64,000 nucleotides of DNA from Paraspadella gotoi (Eukaryota; Animalia; Chaetognatha), in assembly GCA_051294375.1 (NCBI GenBank), contig CM119263.1:15117574-15181573 (forward strand). Reading direction: 5' to 3'. The notes under the pieces are model-generated. The model made no database searches. It saw nothing but the letters and a program-made list of their open reading frames with translations, and was not told the origin of the DNA. The position numbers and the translations under genes are program-made. Below are positions 25,601 to 38,487 of the stretch, in pieces (positions within the stretch are counted from its first letter, which is position 1; each line of letters opens with the position of its first letter).

Positions 25601-28600
25601 GGTTTATTAGGATCCGCGAGGGACTGAGGGTCAAGATCAAGGGCTCAAGAGATCACGGGTCAAAGGTTCATGGGGTTAGGGTGAACGGGTCGCAAGATTC
25701 GGTGGGCCACGAATATAAGGGCCACCTCTTCGGTTTCGTCGACACGCATATTCTAAATTGGGTGTCCTAAGGCGGGCAAAATTGAACACTTTTTATAACT
25801 TTTAATTCTCTCAAAAAAGTCCTTTTTGTCCTTCTATTACTAAACTCGATTTTCAATGCAACTTTTGAATAGTTCATTGGGTGTTTGCACTGAAGCTTTA
25901 AATATTTATTAATATATAACAAATGACAAAATTTTTTTAAAAAAAAATTAGTTTTTAAGAAACGGGTTCCTATAGAGCTTGAAAAGTTAAATGAAAGTTA
26001 GTACTACAATTTTTAAAAATTTTGCAAGGAATTGGTTAAAAACAGAAAAAACGTTTAAAAATCATCATCATATCATCATTTAGCTGAATTTTATAGTTTT
26101 TTAAAATTTTTTATCATAAAACAAAAAAAATTTAAAAATTTGTATTAATAACCTTATCTAACTTTTAAGCTCTATCAGAATTCATTAAAAAATTGAAAAA
26201 TTCAAAAAAATTTTTAACTCTATATAGTAATAAATAATCTTTAATGCTTCCGTGCGCTTATTAATAAGATAATTTTTTAAATTATTTTTATTTTTCATAT
26301 TCTCTAACAGTCACTTTATATCTATTTATTTGAGAGAACTTCTAGTTTTCAACCTGTTCGGCCTAGTGTCCACAGTCCAAACCCTTTTTTGGGCATAAAT
26401 GTCAATGACTCTATGATGGTTAAATTGTGCGACCTAATTTTTAGTTACACAGAAACTACTTTTTCGGATTTTTGCCCTTTAAAATTGAAATCTCAAAGAG
26501 CGAGCAATAACAATTCACACTTTCCTCGTCTCGTCTCTCTCGTTTCCATCACCCTCACCCTCGCACCCCTTCTCCCTCTTTCCCCTCTGGGTGATGGGAA
26601 ACGAGAGAGACGAGACGAGGGAAGTGTGAATTGTATATTGCTCGCTTTGAGGATTTCATTTTTAAAGGGCAAAAATCCGAAAAAGTAGTTTCTGTGTAAC
26701 TAAAAATTAGGTCGGCACAATTTAACCATCATAGAGTCATTGACATTTATGCCCAAAAAAGGTTTGGACTGTGGACACTAGGCCGGAACAGGTTGAAAAC
26801 TAGAAGTTCTCTCAAATAAATAGATATAAAGTGACTGTTAGAGAATATGAAAATAAAAATAATTTTAAAAAAATTATCTTATTAATAAGCGCACGGAAGC
26901 ATTTAAAGATTATTTATTACTATATAAGTTAAAAATTTTTTTGAATTTTTCAATTTTTTTTTAATGGATTCTGATAGAGCTTTAAAAGTTAGAAAGGTTA
27001 TTAATACAAATTTTTAAATTTTTTTGTTTTATTGATAAAAATTTTAAAAAACTATAAAATTCAGCTAATGATGATGATGATGATGATTTTTTAAACGTTT
27101 TTTCTGTTTTTAACCAATTCCTTGGCAAAATTTTTAAAAATTGTAGTACTAACTTTCATTTAACTTTTCAAGCTCTATAGGAATCCGTTTCTTAAAAACT
27201 AATTTTTTTTTAAAAAAATTTTTGTCATTTGTTATATATTAATAAATATTTAAAAGCTTCAGTGCAACAACCCAATGAACTAATTCAAAAAGTTGCATTG
27301 AAAATCGATTTAGTAATAGAAGGAAAAAAGGAATTTTTTGAGAGAATTAAAAGTTATAAAAAGTGTTCAATTTTGGCCCGCCTTAGTGGACACCCAATTT
27401 AGAATATGCGTGTTCGACGAAACCGAAGAGGTGGCGCTTATATTCGTGGCCCACCGAATCTTGCGACCCGTTCACCCTGACCCCTTGAACCTTTGACCCG
27501 TGATCTCTTGAGCCCTTGACTCTTGACCCTCAGTCCCTCGCGGGATCCTAATAAACCTAAAACTCCACAAGTACAGCGGGAGCGAAACGTCCCAACTTAG
27601 TAGAAGAAAAAAAGTGCTCTCTTTCCTCCGAGCGATAATAAACCGAACGAAGCGGAATCATCTTCTTCTGATCCACCTCCCCCCCCCCCACGTTTCTCCG
27701 CTACGCTAATAACACGGTCCACCATGAAAAACCCTATAAGCAGCTATCCGCGGGTCGTAAGTTCAATGAAGGAGAAAGAGGAGGTGGAGCAAGAGAAGGA
27801 TGAAGAGGGAGAGAGAGAGAGAGAGAGAGAGACATTGTAGAAGAAGACCACGAAACCGACGACGACGACGAAGAAGAAGACGACGAAGAAGAAGACGACG
27901 ACATGATGACTTAGATGACGAAGACGTCAGGGAAAAAAAAACAGCTGAATCCTCTGTTTTTACGATTTCGGAAATTTGTCAAAGACGACGACGATGACGA
28001 CGACTTGAGCCGCAACATACTAGTCATCTCCTATGTATCTCTCTTACGTAGAGGGGCTTTGACGCCGTCAGTTTTTTAAACAAATGATTTTACAAAACAT
28101 GAGTGAGATTTCCTCGAAAGTGATTCGAGTGTTTGTTTATTTATCACTATGGCGACGACGAGTTGTGCGAGGATCGTTTTCTTTCCCGAAAAAAACTCGA
28201 CTTTCCGCGTTTGCCCTTCCGTCCCTCTGGCGCGATGAAAATTAAAGCAAATGACTTTTGTGATTAAAACGGGACGAAATTGACGACATTCGCCAACGCG
28301 GCTTCGTTTTTCGAGATTAAAAAAAAGTGAAACGCTGATCCGCGCGAGAGTCTGAATATCGCAATACTTTTTTTTTTCTCGCTCTTATCTCAGACTTATC
28401 GAAGGACCGGAAATCCGTTGTACGTATAAAACCAAATTAAAATGTCGAAAAAGCAAAAGCAGAAAGCTCAAAAGAGGAAAGTACCTCATCAAAGTGGATT
28501 TTATGTCTCGTGGTTGCGGCTTTCGACTTTGGAAAAAAGAGATTAGTCAAAAGGATGAGTTGCCGAAAGGAAAAAAAAATGAGAAGGGTTTGTTCGAAGC

Positions 28601-29515
28601 GAAAAAAAAAAGTCGAAGCATCGAAAAGGACAAAAATAAAAATTAGATTGAAACTCCCGTGGACACGAAGGAGGGAAAGGAATTGTGTGGGCAAACTATG
28701 ATCCGTGGGTAAGGTGAACTCGCTTTTAGATGGTTTTCGTTTTGTTGTGAGTTTTAGCCACGAGTAAGTGGAGTCCTGATTGCAATGAAAAGGTGAGGTA
28801 TTGTCGGTTTTTGAACTAAAACATTTAAATTTAAGCGAAGTTTTCTAATCCGTACGAAGCTTGCCTTTCGCGGAAAGGGGACCGATCACGGCAACTCAGC
28901 TTAAAGGGGAACTCAGACCTCCCAGAAGCGGAACTTCGAACCTCCGCGGACTTGAAGGTCGGTCATGGCGTTAATAAGAGTATCTCGGAAACGCTGACAT
29001 TGGCCACGATGTGGCCCAGCAGTTGGTTCCACGATTGGCGCACGGATTGGAGGCCTAACTGGAGTTGGCCGGCCGCGTATGCTAGCGTCGTGGCCACGGG
29101 GAGCTTTGGTAAAGCAACTAGGAAAGAATTGTAATTAACAGAGGATTGGAAAAGCAACAAGAAACGTCGTTACTAAAATGCTGGAAAACATGCGATAGAC
29201 ATGACGAGGAGTGTTTATGACTTTGTTAACGATCCAAGTTCGACTTTACCAATAACAAAAATGAAAAAAATCGAAGAAATATACAAGTAAATAAATAAAT
29301 ATATAAATAAATATAAGTATATATTTATATAATTATAATATATTATATAATTATATATATAAATAAAAGGAATAAACCGTTTAATAATGGACTTTTAGGG
29401 ACAAGTCATTTCCGGTGAGGGATGTTAAATTTCTGTCTTAATCGTTAAATATAACTATGAAAAAAGAATAAAATGATGAAAATGATGGAGAATTAGAGAG
29501 AGAGAGAGATACGAG

Positions 29516-29551
<36 letters not shown>

Positions 29552-30533
29552 CGAGAGAGAGAGAGAGAAGAAGAGAGAGAGAGAGGATGGATGAGAAGGA
29601 GAGGTGTGGTGTTACCTTTCGCCTTTGATTTGCAACTTTTTTTTTTTCATCGGGACCAAGAGAAATCTTTTTTGAGGAAATTGGAAAATCAGGAGTAAAA
29701 AGAAGAAGAAGAAGAAGAAGAAAATAGGAAAGAAAAAAGAAGATAGATGGAGGAAGAGGCAGAAGAAAGAGGAGATGAGAAACCACAAGGAAATAATACC
29801 CGGGATTTGTTGCACTGGGAACACTAGAGATGGGCCGCTGGGAGAGGACCAGGGGCTGCTGCGTCCTCCGGGGAGGATACTGGACCATATAAGAGAAAGA
29901 CAGTTACTAAACGCATGCGGAGAATAGTTGCGAAAATAATTACTTTTTTTATATCAAATGTAAATAGATAAAATATATAATTCATTTTGGGATAGCTGAA
30001 CTATGAGCAACTATTAAAGTTGATTGGCCAGCAATCCGATGTCCAAAGTATGACCGTAGAACCGACCATCCAAAAAAAAAATGATTTTAAGAGAAGATGC
30101 GCGCCGTTTGAAAGACAAAAACGAAAAAGCAAGACCTAAGAAAGGCGAGAAAAAAATATCCGAAGACGATCTCCTCCGAAAAAAAAACCCGATAAAAATT
30201 CGTTTTCGAGATTCGCCCCGAAAAATGTGTAATCTAAGAAGAAAAATTAGAAAAGAAAATATTTTAAATATATTAGAACTTTCCTTTGAAAAAAAATTAT
30301 GTATCACACAACCGATAAAAATTACTTGGACTCTGAATACGATCCCTAGATGGAGATACTCCCTAAGAAAGAGAAAGAGAAAGAAAAAGAAATAGAATAG
30401 AGAGTTTTCAAAAAGAATTAGTGACTAAGTGTTAGATATATTTTTTCTAAGTTTCTTGTTCCTTCATCCAGTTACAATAGGCTCATCTCATCTCGAAAAC
30501 TGTTATGCATTTTGCAGACGAATTCAAAACTTT
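22690..30533. repeat. Large inverted repeat/palindrome, arms ~3.9 kb, 34-nt spacer (26555-26588)
   Basis: The left arm ends ...CTCGTCTCTCTCGTTTCCATCACCC (26554) and the right arm starts GGGTGATGGGAAACGAGAGAGACGAG (26589). Reverse-complement colinearity can be followed out to ~22690 and ~30533. Confidence 0.92.
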
Positions 30534-30718
30534 TTGGAGTATGAGGAGAGAATGATTGAAGAGAGAGGGAGAGAGAGATGAAGAGAGAGAGGAGGAGAGC
30601 GAGAAGAGAGAGAGACAAGAGAGATTAGAGAGAGAGAGAGAGATACAAACATAAGACAAAAACTATAATAGAGAAGACAGGGAGACAGCGAGANNNNNNN
30701 NNNNNNNNNNNNNNNNNN

Positions 30719-31054
30719 TTTTTTTCATGGGACAAAGAAAATCTTTTTTGAGGAAATTGGAAAATCCGGGTAAAAAGAAGAAGAAGAAGAAGAAGAAATA
30801 TAGGAAAGAAAAAAGAAGAAGATGAGAAGAAGAGGCAGGAGAAAGGGAATGAGAAAACCACAGGAAAGAATAAACCCGGGATTTTGGACTGGGACACACT
30901 GAGATGGGCCGCTGGGAGAGGACAGGGGCTGCTGCGTCCTCGGGGAGGATACTGACATATAAGAGAAAAGAAAAGTTTACTAACGATGCGGAGAATATTG
31001 CGAAAATAAATTACTTTTTTTATATCAAATTAAATTAGATAAATATATATAATT
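30719..31054 (+). repeat. Third copy of part of the palindrome arm (matches ~29640-29980 directly, ~23260-23590 inverted)
   Basis: Shares AAATCTTTTTTGAGGAAATTGGAAAATC...GATGGGCCGCTGGGAGAGGAC...GCGAAAATAA with 29640-29980. Begins immediately after a 25-N gap. Confidence 0.85.
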
Positions 31055-32190
31055 NNNNNNNNNNNNNNNNNNNNNNNNNNNNNNNNNNNNNNNNNNNNNN
31101 NNNNNNNNNNNNNNNNNNNNNNNNNNNNNNNNNNNNNNNNNNNNNNNNNNNNNNNNNNNNNNNNNNNNNNNNNNNNNNNNNNNNNNNNNNNNNNNNNNNN
31201 NNNNNNNNNNNNNNNNNNNNNNNNNNNNNNNNNNNNNNNNNNNNNNNNNNNNNNNNNNNNNNNNNNNNNNNNNNNNNNNNNNNNNNNNNNNNNNNNNNNN
31301 NNNNNNNNNNNNNNNNNNNNNNNNNNNNNNNNNNNNNNNNNNNNNNNNNNNNNNNNNNNNNNNNNNNNNNNNNNNNNNNNNNNNNNNNNNNNNNNNNNNN
31401 NNNNNNNNNNNNNNNNNNNNNNNNNNNNNNNNNNNNNNNNNNNNNNNNNNNNNNNNNNNNNNNNNNNNNNNNNNNNNNNNNNNNNNNNNNNNNNNNNNNN
31501 NNNNNNNNNNNNNNNNNNNNNNNNNNNNNNNNNNNNNNNNNNNNNNNNNNNNNNNNNNNNNNNNNNNNNNNNNNNNNNNNNNNNNNNNNNNNNNNNNNNN
31601 NNNNNNNNNNNNNNNNNNNNNNNNNNNNNNNNNNNNNNNNNNNNNNNNNNNNNNNNNNNNNNNNNNNNNNNNNNNNNNNNNNNNNNNNNNNNNNNNNNNN
31701 NNNNNNNNNNNNNNNNNNNNNNNNNNNNNNNNNNNNNNNNNNNNGGACGGGGGCGGAAAGGCGGGCCCTTCACCGGGAGACTGAGATTTCAAATCTGTCA
31801 ACGTCAAACGTTTCGTACCTCGACTTCCGATATATGAATCGGAGCTTTGATTCTCCGCTTTGTCGTGGGACTTTATACAATATTTTACAATACTTGACAA
31901 AATTATCCCTTTTTCTTAAACAAAATGTTGAATTGTTGTCTTATCTTTTTAATTTCGACAATTTACGGTTTCGGGAGTCAAAACTCAGGTGCGTGTGAAT
32001 TCAAATAGGGAAGAAAATGTTTTGATTTGAATGTTTGTTTCTTTTTTTTTTCGGTTTGCCTTTTTACTTGTTTCTTTTCCTCGGTAGCTCAATGTTTGCT
32101 TTCATTCATTCATTTTTTTTCTTTTTCACTTTCTTTCTTTCTTTCATTCATTTTCTTTCACTTTCTTTCTTTCTTTCTATCTCTCATTTT

Positions 32191-32274
<84 letters not shown>

Positions 32275-32847
32275 TATTTCTTGAATTCTTCTTTTCTTTC
32301 TTTCTTTTCTTTCCTTCCTTTTCCGCGAATCACGAGACGTCATCACTTTTCACAAAAAACCTAAATCGACAGCGGAAACTGAACTCACGAAACAGAAGTG
32401 AAANNNNNNNNNNNNNNNNNNNNNNNNNNNNNNNNNNNNNNNNNNNNNNNNNNNNNNNNNNNNNNNNNNNNNNNNNNNNNNNNNNNNNNNNNNNNNNNNN
32501 NNNNNNNNNNNNNNNNNNNNNNNNNNNNNNNNNNNNNNNNNNNNNNNNNNNNNNNNNNNNNNNNNNNNNNNNNNNNNNNNNNNNNNNNTTCTTTTTAAAG
32601 AAACTCAAGGAAATTTGAGGAGGAGATCGGAGCTGTGGTAACGCGTTGGCTCACCGAAGGGAAATAGAAAAAGGAAAATCTGGCAGAGAAGCGCGACGTC
32701 GCTACTCGCGAGACTTTCCCGCCCGTTTCCTGCGAAGGGTATTTGCCTTTCTCCCTTTTCTTTTTATTGTTTATTAATTCGCCGATGGAGGGAGCTGCTA
32801 ATTTGGAGAGAGATTCGTTGTCTTTTAACTAAAATCAAGAGAGAGAT

Positions 32848-33265
32848 AGGGTGAATATTTTAAAGATCCCTAATTTATATTTGGATAGAATATTTCTGTT
32901 TCTTTTTCTCCTTCCCTACCATCTTAACACGTGCATATTTTTTCAACTTCGGCTACGCCGGAAATTCTTTGTTTCACAAAGGTATTTACGTTCAGGTAAC
33001 AAATCAGGAATCTCTCATTTTTATTACTATATTTTATTGAGTCAATTTTAAAAATTTTTTTTGAAAACTGTTGTTTTTTTATTCCTCTTTTTGGTTAAGA
33101 ACTTCAAAATGTTCACTCTTGTCATTCGGTTTTATATGTTCGTTTCTTAATCTAAGACTTTCTCGATTATGTCTTCACCTTTTTTCTTTCTTTCTTTTTC
33201 TTATTCTTTTGTTGATGAATCTTCGAGTTTTTCGCACGATTTCGGATTCAGTTTTTTGAATGCGC
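32848..33265 (+). repeat. Diverged ~420-bp direct repeat, copy 1 (copy 2 at 38488-38930)
   Basis: Both copies start AGGGTGAATATTTT..AGATCCCTAATTTA and share GATAGAATATTTCTGTTTCTTTTTCTCCTTCC, TATTTACGTTCAGGTAACAAA and TGAATCTTCGAGTT. Confidence 0.85.
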
Positions 33266-33493
33266 GGCGGGAATTTACATCATTAACTTTACAGCAGGAG
33301 GAAATTCGCATCATCGATACATTGTTTTGTTACGCTGTTAAGTGAGATCATAAACTAAAGTTAGAAGTCTAAGATATCTAGTTGTGTCCCATCCGTATAA
33401 ATAAAAAGAAGTATAGTAATTAATTTGATAGAACAAGTGAAGTGGTCTAGATAAAATAACTCTAATAGAAAATACTCTAATTACATATAGTAT

Positions 33494-33813
33494 TGTTCAT
33501 AGCCTCACACTAGAATTTCCCTGACCCAGAACGCCCATGTTGATAACGTATAGTGTAGAGTAAAAAACCTCAGTAACAAGTAATAAACATAACAAACATA
33601 TTTCTCATAGTTTCATGGTCAATAACCATACTTATAGGGCATTCTCGCGGGGAGTGTGAAAAATTATTAATCTTCCGTGCCGGCGCAGCGTTTGAATCCT
33701 GGCCGCGTTCAAACTCAAGTATCAACCTTTTCTCAAAATACTGACGAACGCTAAGCAAAATCATGTTTACGTTACGTGGACGCCAGATTTCACGCCGGCC
33801 ACCTCTCTTAACA
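33494..33813 (-). repeat. Putative 3' LTR
   Basis: TGTTCATAGCC...CCTCTCTTAACA, aligned by eye with 36918-37245. Confidence 0.7.
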
Positions 33814-34199
33814 CTGATACCCCCCTGTCGTACATACGACACAATACAATAACGGAGGTCGTCCGCAAACCGCTGCCTCCGTCCTGTGGCAGAAAGCCCG
33901 TCTGCCAAATTTGTCCACTCAGCATGCAACCGAGTTTTTATCCCCAATGAAGTTTCGGCTTCCCGCTTGAAACGACCCTTGAAGTAAGCTGACGGTCTCC
34001 ATTGGCATCTCCCTTTGAACCCCAGCCAACAGTTGGCTCCAAAATTTGATGGTAGCGCCAAACTCCCCCCGTCGCATCCCGAAGCGCCACCGACCACGGC
34101 GTCGATCTGCGTTGTCGCATGCGCCCAGCGTCTGCTCCTTGACCCCTGTCTTAACGATTTTTTCTGGCAACTCGGCATCGTCTCCTTGAGACGCCCTGC

Positions 34200-36500
34200 T
34201 TATTGCCCGCTCCACCCCCGTCGGCGTTCATGGGCCCCTCCCTCGGATTTTCAATGTCTTCTCCTTTTTGCGTCGATCATCTTGTTTGGGGGTGTTTCCT
34301 TCGTGCAATGCGAGGTTCCTCACAGAAAGAGTTGAAGGTGCATTTTGGGAAACTGATCACCATTGAATAGTTCCTTTCTTCCTTGTAATTTCCATCCCCC
34401 CTCTTTGTTTCACAAGATAATCAATTTGTTAGTTAACTATCGACTGTATCTCAGAGACATCAAATTTAATAAATTTGTCTCAACTTGCTCACGTCAGTTT
34501 CATCTGTCTTTTTCCAAAACTTGTTCAGCCTCATCAACTTTCCTATAAAAGTCCGTCTTTAAATCTTGTGTTATATTTCAGTGATTTATTGCTGGGCACC
34601 AAAGCGAGATAAACAAATCTAAATTACAGCCCCATCTATCTTACATCATTGCTTCTCTCATTTTATTCTTTTATAAAGTGAAAAGGTCAACCACCTGGTC
34701 CACAAACTAATAAAAAATGTTGATTTGTTTAGACACACAACTCCACTGTTGTTCGTCATCGTCGTCTCCTGAGCCAAAGAAGACCTTTACTTTTCCCTCT
34801 CATCAGGGTCCTCTCAGACTCAGTCCATGGCATACACATCCAAGCCTCTTGAAATGCTGTTGCATTAATTTAAACAATTCCAAGAGTTTTCCTTTTCACT
34901 CACAGAATATTGTCACTCACACCCCTTATCCTCTTGAATTGAGTCTGTTCGAACAAAATTTTAGTTTCCACCTCCAACTTATGTTTCAGCTCTCAAGCAT
35001 AAGATCAAGGATTTCCTCCTCCTCTCTCCTTCTCGTCTTTCTTCTTTCATCTTAGACGAGTGATCATGAAAAACGAATAACTGGTCCCATATTTTATCAA
35101 TATTTAGCAAGTTTTGAATGTGGAGACCCAAGCTAGCCAGATTTAGTAAATTTTTTTCATTATTTTCATGAAACTGATCTTGTAGCCCAGCAATGTCATT
35201 GACATTGTTCATCCATTTAGAACTCGTCAATTTTTCTCTTTTCTACAAGTAGAGGCGATCTATTATTACTTATATATTCGTGATACAAAATTTGGATCCA
35301 AACCGTAGCGTCATAAACCGTAATCTTATACAATTCCATCTGGTATTGTATTCTTATATTTCATACAATGATTTTATAGAAATTAAAAATGAAGAAAGCA
35401 GTGGTGTGAGGCTCCCAAACGCTGCTTCATGTGAAATGACCTGTAATCTGACACAACTGGACTGTCCATGAGATTGAGTGTACAGCAAAGCCTCACACTG
35501 CAACAGCTTGAACGTTAAGCCAAAAGGATGAATTGCAAATTTCGTCCTTCACAACAAAACGATCAGCAGCGCCAGCAATGGCCAGCAATTCAGTGTCAAC
35601 AATGGCATTTCAATGCACTTTAATCCGCAACTCTTCCGCGATTACAGGCGGATGGTGGCCGATTGATCTCTCCTCAGTTTCTCCTTGACAGTTCTTCCGC
35701 ACCCCTTTCCAACAACTTTTTCCGCATCCTGTACCGCAACTTCTTTCGCGACTCTTTCCTCCGGCAACCTCTTCCACAACTTTTCCTCATCTTTTTCCGC
35801 AACGTCATTTGAAACTTCTTGGGCAGCAACTCTTTCATCAGCAGCAAATCTCAGCAAATTCTTCAGCCAGCGACTTTCTTTAGCAAGGCAGCCTTTCTTT
35901 AGCAGTAAACGTCTTCTACAGCAGCCTTTCAAATCGGCAGATTCTGTCAGCAGTCAGCGTCTTTAAGCAGCCATCTTCCTTTAGCAGCAACATCTTCTGC
36001 CAGACAGCATCGTGACATGGCTTCTCATCAGGCAACAGCCTCACTTCTTTTATCGGTTTCTTCATGGCAGCGGCGGTGTACACTCCGCGATTCGCGCCAC
36101 CATTCGTTTTCGGCAGAGCGTCTCCTTGTTGAATCTATTGGCGGTCGCGCGCATCCTCCATCTGCGTCGTCCACCTCCAAATAACTCCTTCGTTGAGACC
36201 ACCTTCATACATCCGCCTTCCAATCTGTCTCCACTTAGTTCCGTTACTCTCTCCCTCTCTGCTCTCCATCCTTCTTTCATTGTCATCACTGTCTGCACTC
36301 TAACTTCCATTCTCTCTGCCTTTCCTCACCCATTAGTCTTTCTTCAGTCCGTTTCGAATTTCTCTCAACTTTTCTGTTGAGCTCATCCTCATTTTATCCC
36401 ACCCTCCGCAGAGTTTTGCTCTCTCCATCTCGTATTCTATATTCGTTGTGTCGTATCTTCTCTCTCCTTAGATCGCTATACAAAAACACTCACTTTCCCT
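34200..36500 (-). pseudogene. Disrupted gag-like coding remnant inside the LTR element
   Basis: Minus-strand fragments such as FAADERVAAQEVSNDVAEKDEEKL...EERVAKEVAVQDAEKV (35642-35932) and a possible eroded zinc knuckle PKC..FCEEP near 34305-34350. Many frameshifts. Confidence 0.35.
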
Positions 36501-36917
36501 GCAATTCTAAGCCTTGACCAACCTTTGCGAATCAATCTCGCAAGACGATTGAGACTGACGTCGTTATTCCATAGTTCTACAGCTTTTGAGACGGTTATAC
36601 GCTGACTCCAAGAGGTGAAGACTCCTGTCCGCGGCTTTGGGCGACGAGCAGTATCATCGGCGATGTTTGCCATCCAATGCTCGTCGATGCTTCTAATCGA
36701 GCGTGTTCCTCAGCGAGGGCGGCCTCGAGACCCGTCCCTTATTGGTAGCTTTCCCTCTTTGACTCCTCACGGCGATCAACGGTTATGATCTGCCGCTCTG
36801 TCTGCTGCTGCTCGGCTGAATTTATGGTTTAGTTTAAGATTTAATTGTTGATTTAAGAATATAGTTTTAGTTAATTTTAATCCCCGATTATGACATATAA
36901 TTTTTAATATTTAGTAT

Positions 36918-37245
36918 TGTTCATAGCCAGCACTAGAATTCTCCCTGACTCCAAACCGCCCATAGGATAACGAGTGATCGTAGTGTATGATTAAAGAACC
37001 TTCATAACAATAATAAACATACACAAACCATATTTCTCATAGTCATGTCAAAACATACTTAGTAGGCATTCTCCGGGAGTGTGAAAAAATTATTAATCTT
37101 CTGCCGCAAGCGTTTTGATAATATCTCTCTTCTTGTTCAACTTCAGTTATCGGACTTTTCTAATCCTTGGACGAACGCTAAAGCAAAAATAAATTGTTTA
37201 CGGGTTACGACGCCAGATTTCACGCGCGCACGACCTCTCTTAACA
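36918..37245 (-). repeat. Putative 5' LTR
   Basis: TGTTCATAGCC...CCTCTCTTAACA, ending exactly at a 25-N gap. The similarity extends ~6 bp beyond TGTT, so that boundary is slightly uncertain. Confidence 0.7.
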
Positions 37246-38487
37246 NNNNNNNNNNNNNNNNNNNNNNNNNTGTACATGTAAAATTAAACTGTTTATTAAT
37301 GATGACAATGGTTTTTTAAAAATCGGAATTCTGTGTTCTTAAACAATGAAACAGTTAGAACAAATAACAATAAAAAGAATAACAAAAAAGAATAACAACA
37401 AATGGTAAACAACGTAAAAAAAATCAGTGAAAAAAAGTTTTTGGAGTGAAAAAGGAAATAACGAGAATGTATTCGAAAATAAACTATCAATGGAGCAACA
37501 TAATATGTCAAAAATCAAATTTCCCAAGATTAAAAAATACTGACTCAGTGACTCTCACTCTCTCACTCTCACTCTCACTCTCTCTCTTTCGCTCTCTATC
37601 TTTCACTGTCTTTCTCCTCTGGTCAAAAGTCAACAGAAGAACTTTTCCTCTTGTTGTTTCTTTCTCTTCTTTTGTCAACATTTTTTTATTTTTTCTCCTA
37701 ATTCCATTTTCTTTCCTCTAATCTTCTTTTCTCTCAGTTTCCACCAACACCAGATTTTCCCCTAAGATTTTTTTTTCTTCCAATTTTTCTTGGTTAATTT
37801 TNNNNNNNNNNGCCAAGTTGGAACGACTTTCGGACGCGATGGCGCGGAATGAAATATCTTTGGCTGTTCGAGGTGACGTGACGCGGCGTCGAGGAAAACC
37901 GATTAATTTTGTGGCGCCGGTTTGCAGATTTTCGACGCTCGTCGACGCCGCCGACACCGACGCCGCCGCCACCGACGCCGAGATGGATGCGACGAGATAC
38001 TAGAAAGTAAGAACACTTGGCTTCCTTTGTCATTTTTTACGAATGGTAAAGAATAGCAATAGTTGCTGTTCGATAATATTAAGCGTCATTTGATGACATA
38101 AAGTTTCACTGGATGACCTGAAACTCTTTAACTGTGACCGCAAGAGGGAAGCATCAGGAAATGGACGGAACATTTCAGTTCATGCGTCCACCCACGCAAA
38201 AAAAGTTTGGATTTTTTTTGAAGATGCGCAAAAAACCAACTTCAGAATATAATTTTACATGTATTAAATATATAAATGCAAACAAATATCATTATAAAAT
38301 TATTGTAGTTACTAGTCACACCTCAGAGACAAAGCGTCGGTTCGACTATCTATGACTAATTCAGATCCTGAATCTCATCTCTGAATTTGATGAATCATTA
38401 ACGACTTCTCAGAAATGAGAAAAAATGGAGAGAAAAGCCTTCAACTGGAGTCTATCCGAAACAAAGATTAAAAATTCACACGGCCAA

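Larger units (their letters stand above)
33494..37245 (-). mobile_element. Degenerate, non-autonomous LTR retrotransposon, BEL/Pao-like
   Basis: Two diverged ~320-bp direct repeats (33494-33813, 36918-37245), each bounded TGTT...AACA. On the minus strand a G-run PPT-like tract (GGGGGGTATCAG) abuts the 3' repeat. The interior carries a broken minus-strand E/K/A-rich coiled-coil-like frame. No RT or integrase motif and no canonical PBS was seen. The TSD is hidden by the gap at 37246. Confidence 0.58.

Noticed and set aside
33675-33710. tRNA B-box-like GTTTGAATCC
   Set aside because: No cloverleaf or A box can be built, and the motif is absent from the second LTR copy.
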